Source of the DNA: Nemertoderma westbladi | Lineage: Eukaryota > Animalia > Xenacoelomorpha | DNA length: 64,000 nt | Assembly (NCBI GenBank): GCA_032718475.1 | Contig: JAUCBJ010003098.1 | Location: forward strand, 4,988-68,987 | Reading direction: 5' to 3' | In this document: piece by piece, positions 57,435 through 64,000 of the stretch | Numbering within the stretch: position 1 is the stretch's first letter | Layout: each line of letters starts with the position of its first letter | Made by a program: the position numbers and the translations under genes | Notes under the pieces: model-generated | Told to the model about the DNA's origin: nothing | What the model saw: only the letters and a program-made list of their open reading frames with translations | Database searches by the model: none

Positions 57435-60400
57435 ATCGAATCAACCCTCTACCCCACCCCACTCTATATCCGTTATTAGGAACATCGAATCAACCCTCTA
57501 CCCCACCCCACTCTATATCCATTATTAGGAACATCGAATCAACCCTCTACCCCACCCCACTCTATATCCATTATTAGGAACATCGAATCAACCCTCTACC
57601 CCACCCCACTCTATATCCATTGTTAGGAACATCGAATCAACCCTCTACCCCACCCCACTCTATATCCATTATTAGGAACATCGAATCAACCCTCTACCCC
57701 ACCCCACTCTATATCCATTATTAGGAACATCGAATCAACCCTCTACCCCACCCCACTCTATATCCATTATTAGGAACATCGAATCAACCCTCTACCCCAC
57801 CCCACTCTATATCCATTGTTAGGAACATCGAATCAACCCTCTACCCCACCCCACTCTATATCCATTATTAGGAACATCGAATCAACCCTCTACCCCACCC
57901 CACTCTATATCCATTATTAGGAACATCGAATCAACCCTCTACCCCACCCCACTCTATATCCATTATTAGGAACATCGAATCAACCCTCTACCCCACCCCA
58001 CTCTATATCCATTATTAGGAACATCGAATCAACCCTCTACCCCACCCCACTCTATATCCATTATTAGGAACATCGAATCAACCCTCTACCCCACCCCACT
58101 CTATATCCATTATTAGGAACATCGAATCAACCCTCTACCCCACCCCACTCTATATCCATTATTAGGAACATCGAATCAACCCTCTACCCCACCCCACTCT
58201 ATATCCATTATTAGGAACATCGAATCAACCCTCTACCCCACCCCACTCTATATCCATTATTAGGAACATCGAATCAACCCTCTACCCCACCCCACTCTAT
58301 ATCCATTATTAGGAACATCGAATCAACCCTCTACCCCACCCCACTCTATATCCATTATTAGGAACATCGAATCAACCCTCTACCCCACCCCACTCTATAT
58401 CCATTATTAGGAACATCGAATCAACCCTCTACCCCACCCCACTCTATATCCATTATTAGGAACATCGAATCAACCCTCTACCCCACCCCACTCTATATCC
58501 ATTATTAGGAACATCGAATCAACCCTCTACCCCACCCCACTCTATATCCATTATTAGGAACATCGAATCAACCCTCTACCCCACCCCACTCTATATCCAT
58601 TATTAGGAACATCGAATCAACCCTCTACCCCACCCCACTCTATATCCATTATTAGGAACATCGAATCAACCCTCTACCCCACCCCACTCTATATCCATTA
58701 TTAGGAACATCGAATCAACCCTCTACCCCACCCCACTCTATATCCATTATTAGGAACATCGAATCAACCCTCTACCCCACCCCACTCTATATCCATTATT
58801 AGGAACATCGAATCAACCCTCTACCCCACCCCACTCTATATCCATTATTAGGAACATCGAATCAACCCTCTACCCCACCCCACTCTATATCCATTATTAG
58901 GAACATCGAATCAACCCTCTACCCCACCCCACTCTATATCCATTATTAGGAACATCGAATCAACCCTCTACCCCACCCCACTCTATATCCATTATTAGGA
59001 ACATCGAATCAACCCTCTACCCCACCCCACTCTATATCCATTATTAGGAACATCGAATCAACCCTCTACCCCACCCCACTCTATATCCATTATTAGGAAC
59101 ATCGAATCAACCCTCTACCCCACCCCACTCTATATCCATTATTAGGAACATCGAATCAACCCTCTACCCCACCCCACTCTATATCCATTATTAGGAACAT
59201 CGAATCAACCCTCTACCCCACCCCACTCTATATCCATTATTAGGAACATCGAATCAACCCTCTACCCCACCCCACTCTATATCCATTATTAGGAACATCG
59301 AATCAACCCTCTACCCCACCCCACTCTATATCCATTATTAGGAACATCGAATCAACCCTCTACCCCACCCCACTCTATATCCATTATTAGGAACATCGAA
59401 TCAACCCTCTACCCCACCCCACTCTATATCCATTATTAGGAACATCGAATCAACCCTCTACCCCACCCCACTCTATATCCATTATTAGGAACATCGAATC
59501 AACCCTCTACCCCACCCCACTCTATATCCATTATTAGGAACATCGAATCAACCCTCTACCCCACCCCACTCTATATCCATTATTAGGAACATCGAATCAA
59601 CCCTCTACCCCACCCCACTCTATATCCATTATTAGGAACATCGAATCAACCCTCTACCCCACCCCACTCTATATCCATTATTAGGAACATCGAATCAACC
59701 CTCTACCCCACCCCACTCTATATCCATTATTAGGAACATCGAATCAACCCTCTACCCCACCCCACTCTATATCCATTATTAGGAACATCGAATCAACCCT
59801 CTACCCCACCCCACTCTATATCCATTATTAGGAACATCGAATCAACCCTCTACCCCACCCCACTCTATATCCATTATTAGGAACATCGAATCAACCCTCT
59901 ACCCCACCCCACTCTATATCCATTATTAGGAACATCGAATCAACCCTCTACCCCACCCCACTCTATATCCATTATTAGGAACATCGAATCAACCCTCTAC
60001 CCCACCCCACTCTATATCCATTATTAGGAACATCGAATCAACCCTCTACCCCACCCCACTCTATATCCATTATTAGGAACATCGAATCAACCCTCTACCC
60101 CACCCCACTCTATATCCATTATTAGGAACATCGAATCAACCCTCTACCCCACCCCACTCTATATCCATTATTAGGAACATCGAATCAACCCTCTACCCCA
60201 CCCCACTCTATATCCATTATTAGGAACATCGAATCAACCCTCTACCCCACCCCACTCTATATCCATTATTAGGAACATCGAATCAACCCTCTACCCCACC
60301 CCACTCTATATCCATTATTAGGAACATCGAATCAACCCTCTACCCCACCCCACTCTATATCCATTATTAGGAACATCGAATCAACCCTCTACCCCACCCC

Positions 60401-63400
60401 ACTCTATATCCATTATTAGGAACATCGAATCAACCCTCTACCCCACCCCACTCTATATCCATTATTAGGAACATCGAATCAACCCTCTACCCCACCCCAC
60501 TCTATATCCATTATTAGGAACATCGAATCAACCCTCTACCCCACCCCACTCTATATCCATTATTAGGAACATCGAATCAACCCTCTACCCCACCCCACTC
60601 TATATCCATTATTAGGAACATCGAATCAACCCTCTACCCCACCCCACTCTATATCCATTATTAGGAACATCGAATCAACCCTCTACCCCACCCCACTCTA
60701 TATCCATTATTAGGAACATCGAATCAACCCTCTACCCCACCCCACTCTATATCCATTATTAGGAACATCGAATCAACCCTCTACCCCACCCCACTCTATA
60801 TCCATTATTAGGAACATCGAATCAACCCTCTACCCCACCCCACTCTATATCCATTATTAGGAACATCGAATCAACCCTCTACCCCACCCCACTCTATATC
60901 CATTATTAGGAACATCGAATCAACCCTCTACCCCACCCCACTCTATATCCATTATTAGGAACATCGAATCAACCCTCTACCCCACCCCACTCTATATCCA
61001 TTATTAGGAACATCGAATCAACCCTCTACCCCACCCCACTCTATATCCATTATTAGGAACATCGAATCAACCCTCTACCCCACCCCACTCTATATCCATT
61101 ATTAGGAACATCGAATCAACCCTCTACCCCACCCCACTCTATATCCATTATTAGGAACATCGAATCAACCCTCTACCCCACCCCACTCTATATCCATTAT
61201 TAGGAACATCGAATCAACCCTCTACCCCACCCCACTCTATATCCATTATTAGGAACATCGAATCAACCCTCTACCCCACCCCACTCTATATCCATTATTA
61301 GGAACATCGAATCAACCCTCTACCCCACCCCACTCTATATCCATTATTAGGAACATCGAATCAACCCTCTACCCCACCCCACTCTATATCCATTATTAGG
61401 AACATCGAATCAACCCTCTACCCCACCCCACTCTATATCCATTATTAGGAACATCGAATCAACCCTCTACCCCACCCCACTCTATATCCATTATTAGGAA
61501 CATCGAATCAACCCTCTACCCCACCCCACTCTATATCCATTATTAGGAACATCGAATCAACCCTCTACCCCACCCCACTCTATATCCATTATTAGGAACA
61601 TCGAATCAACCCTCTACCCCACCCCACTCTATATCCATTATTAGGAACATCGAATCAACCCTCTACCCCACCCCACTCTATATCCATTATTAGGAACATC
61701 GAATCAACCCTCTACCCCACCCCACTCTATATCCATTATTAGGAACATCGAATCAACCCTCTACCCCACCCCACTCTATATCCATTATTAGGAACATCGA
61801 ATCAACCCTCTACCCCACCCCACTCTATATCCATTATTAGGAACATCGAATCAACCCTCTACCCCACCCCACTCTATATCCATTATTAGGAACATCGAAT
61901 CAACCCTCTACCCCACCCCACTCTATATCCATTATTAGGAACATCGAATCAACCCTCTACCCCACCCCACTCTATATCCATTATTAGGAACATCGAATCA
62001 ACCCTCTACCCCACCCCACTCTATATCCATTATTAGGAACATCGAATCAACCCTCTACCCCACCCCACTCTATATCCATTATTAGGAACATCGAATCAAC
62101 CCTCTACCCCACCCCACTCTATATCCATTATTAGGAACATCGAATCAACCCTCTACCCCACCCCACTCTATATCCATTATTAGGAACATCGAATCAACCC
62201 TCTACCCCACCCCACTCTATATCCATTATTAGGAACATCGAATCAACCCTCTACCCCACCCCACTCTATATCCATTATTAGGAACATCGAATCAACCCTC
62301 TACCCCACCCCACTCTATATCCATTATTAGGAACATCGAATCAACCCTCTACCCCACCCCACTCTATATCCATTATTAGGAACATCGAATCAACCCTCTA
62401 CCCCACCCCACTCTATATCCATTATTAGGAACATCGAATCAACCCTCTACCCCACCCCACTCTATATCCATTATTAGGAACATCGAATCAACCCTCTACC
62501 CCACCCCACTCTATATCCATTATTAGGAACATCGAATCAACCCTCTACCCCACCCCACTCTATATCCATTATTAGGAACATCGAATCAACCCTCTACCCC
62601 ACCCCACTCTATATCCATTATTAGGAACATCGAATCAACCCTCTACCCCACCCCACTCTATATCCATTATTAGGAACATCGAATCAACCCTCTACCCCAC
62701 CCCACTCTATATCCATTATTAGGAACATCGAATCAACCCTCTACCCCACCCCACTCTATATCCATTATTAGGAACATCGAATCAACCCTCTACCCCACCC
62801 CACTCTATATCCATTATTAGGAACATCGAATCAACCCTCTACCCCACCCCACTCTATATCCATTATTAGGAACATCGAATCAACCCTCTACCCCACCCCA
62901 CTCTATATCCATTATTAGGAACATCGAATCAACCCTCTACCCCACCCCACTCTATATCCATTATTAGGAACATCGAATCAACCCTCTACCCCACCCCACT
63001 CTATATCCATTATTAGGAACATCGAATCAACCCTCTACCCCACCCCACTCTATATCCATTATTAGGAACATCGAATCAACCCTCTACCCCACCCCACTCT
63101 ATATCCATTATTAGGAACATCGAATCAACCCTCTACCCCACCCCACTCTATATCCATTATTAGGAACATCGAATCAACCCTCTACCCCACCCCACTCTAT
63201 ATCCATTATTAGGAACATCGAATCAACCCTCTACCCCACCCCACTCTATATCCATTGTTAGGAACATCGAATCAACCCTCTACCCCACCCCACTCTATAT
63301 CCATTATTAGGAACATCGAATCAACCCTCTACCCCACCCCACTCTATATCCATTATTAGGAACATCGAATCAACCCTCTACCCCACCCCACTCTATATCC

Positions 63401-64000
63401 ATTATTAGGAACATCGAATCAACCCTCTACCCCACCCCACTCTATATCCATTATTAGGAACATCGAATCAACCCTCTACCCCACCCCACTCTATATCCAT
63501 TATTAGGAACATCGAATCAACCCTCTACCCCACCCCACTCTATATCCATTATTAGGAACATCGAATCAACCCTCTACCCCACCCCACTCTATATCCATTA
63601 TTAGGAACATCGAATCAACCCTCTACCCCACCCCACTCTATATCCATTATTAGGAACATCGAATCAACCCTCTACCCCACCCCACTCTATATCCATTATT
63701 AGGAACATCGAATCAACCCTCTACCCCACCCCACTCTATATCCATTATTAGGAACATCGAATCAACCCTCTACCCCACCCCACTCTATATCCATTATTAG
63801 GAACATCGAATCAACCCTCTACCCCACCCCACTCTATATCCATTATTAGGAACATCGAATCAACCCTCTACCCCACCCCACTCTATATCCATTATTAGGA
63901 ACATCGAATCAACCCTCTACCCCACCCCACTCTATATCCATTATTAGGAACATCGAATCAACCCTCTACCCCACCCCACTCTATATCCATTATTAGGAAC
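57435..64000. repeat. Near-perfect 49-bp satellite (~134 copies, runs off the window end)
   Basis: Unit aacatcgaatcaaccctctaccccaccccactctatatccattattagg. The line pattern recurs every 2940 bp (60 x 49). Confidence 0.99.

Noticed and set aside
47165-64000. CRISPR-like regular repeats with internal palindromes
   Set aside because: Units are head-to-tail with no unique spacers, there are no cas genes, and the context is eukaryotic. These are satellites.

Overview
Repeat-rich animal (invertebrate-type) genomic DNA with two host genes on the + strand: an hnRNP F/H (glorund-like, three qRRMs) gene split by an 8.8-kb TE-filled intron, and the last coding exon of a CEP70 orthologue. The rest is nested mobile DNA: two decayed CR1/L2-type LINEs, an RTE fragment, a near-full-length CRE-type RLE LINE, a truncated Polinton/Maverick (pPolB, adenain protease, major capsid and a TBP-like gene), a young BEL/Pao LTR retrotransposon, a second LTR family, and four satellites (35-38, 30, 40-41 and 49 bp). 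Three things stand out. (1) Two divergent copies of an uncharacterised DEDDy-like 3'-5' exonuclease + triple CCHC zinc-knuckle gene, one of them carried as cargo between LTRs. (2) A tandem 412-bp element pairing a tRNA-derived Pol III promoter with a minimal hammerhead ribozyme (retrozyme/Penelope-like). (3) A Polinton-encoded TATA-binding-protein homologue. Missing target-site duplications around both LTR elements point to a rearrangement or assembly junction between 34 and 45.5 kb. All calls come from reading motifs by eye; no database searches were run.
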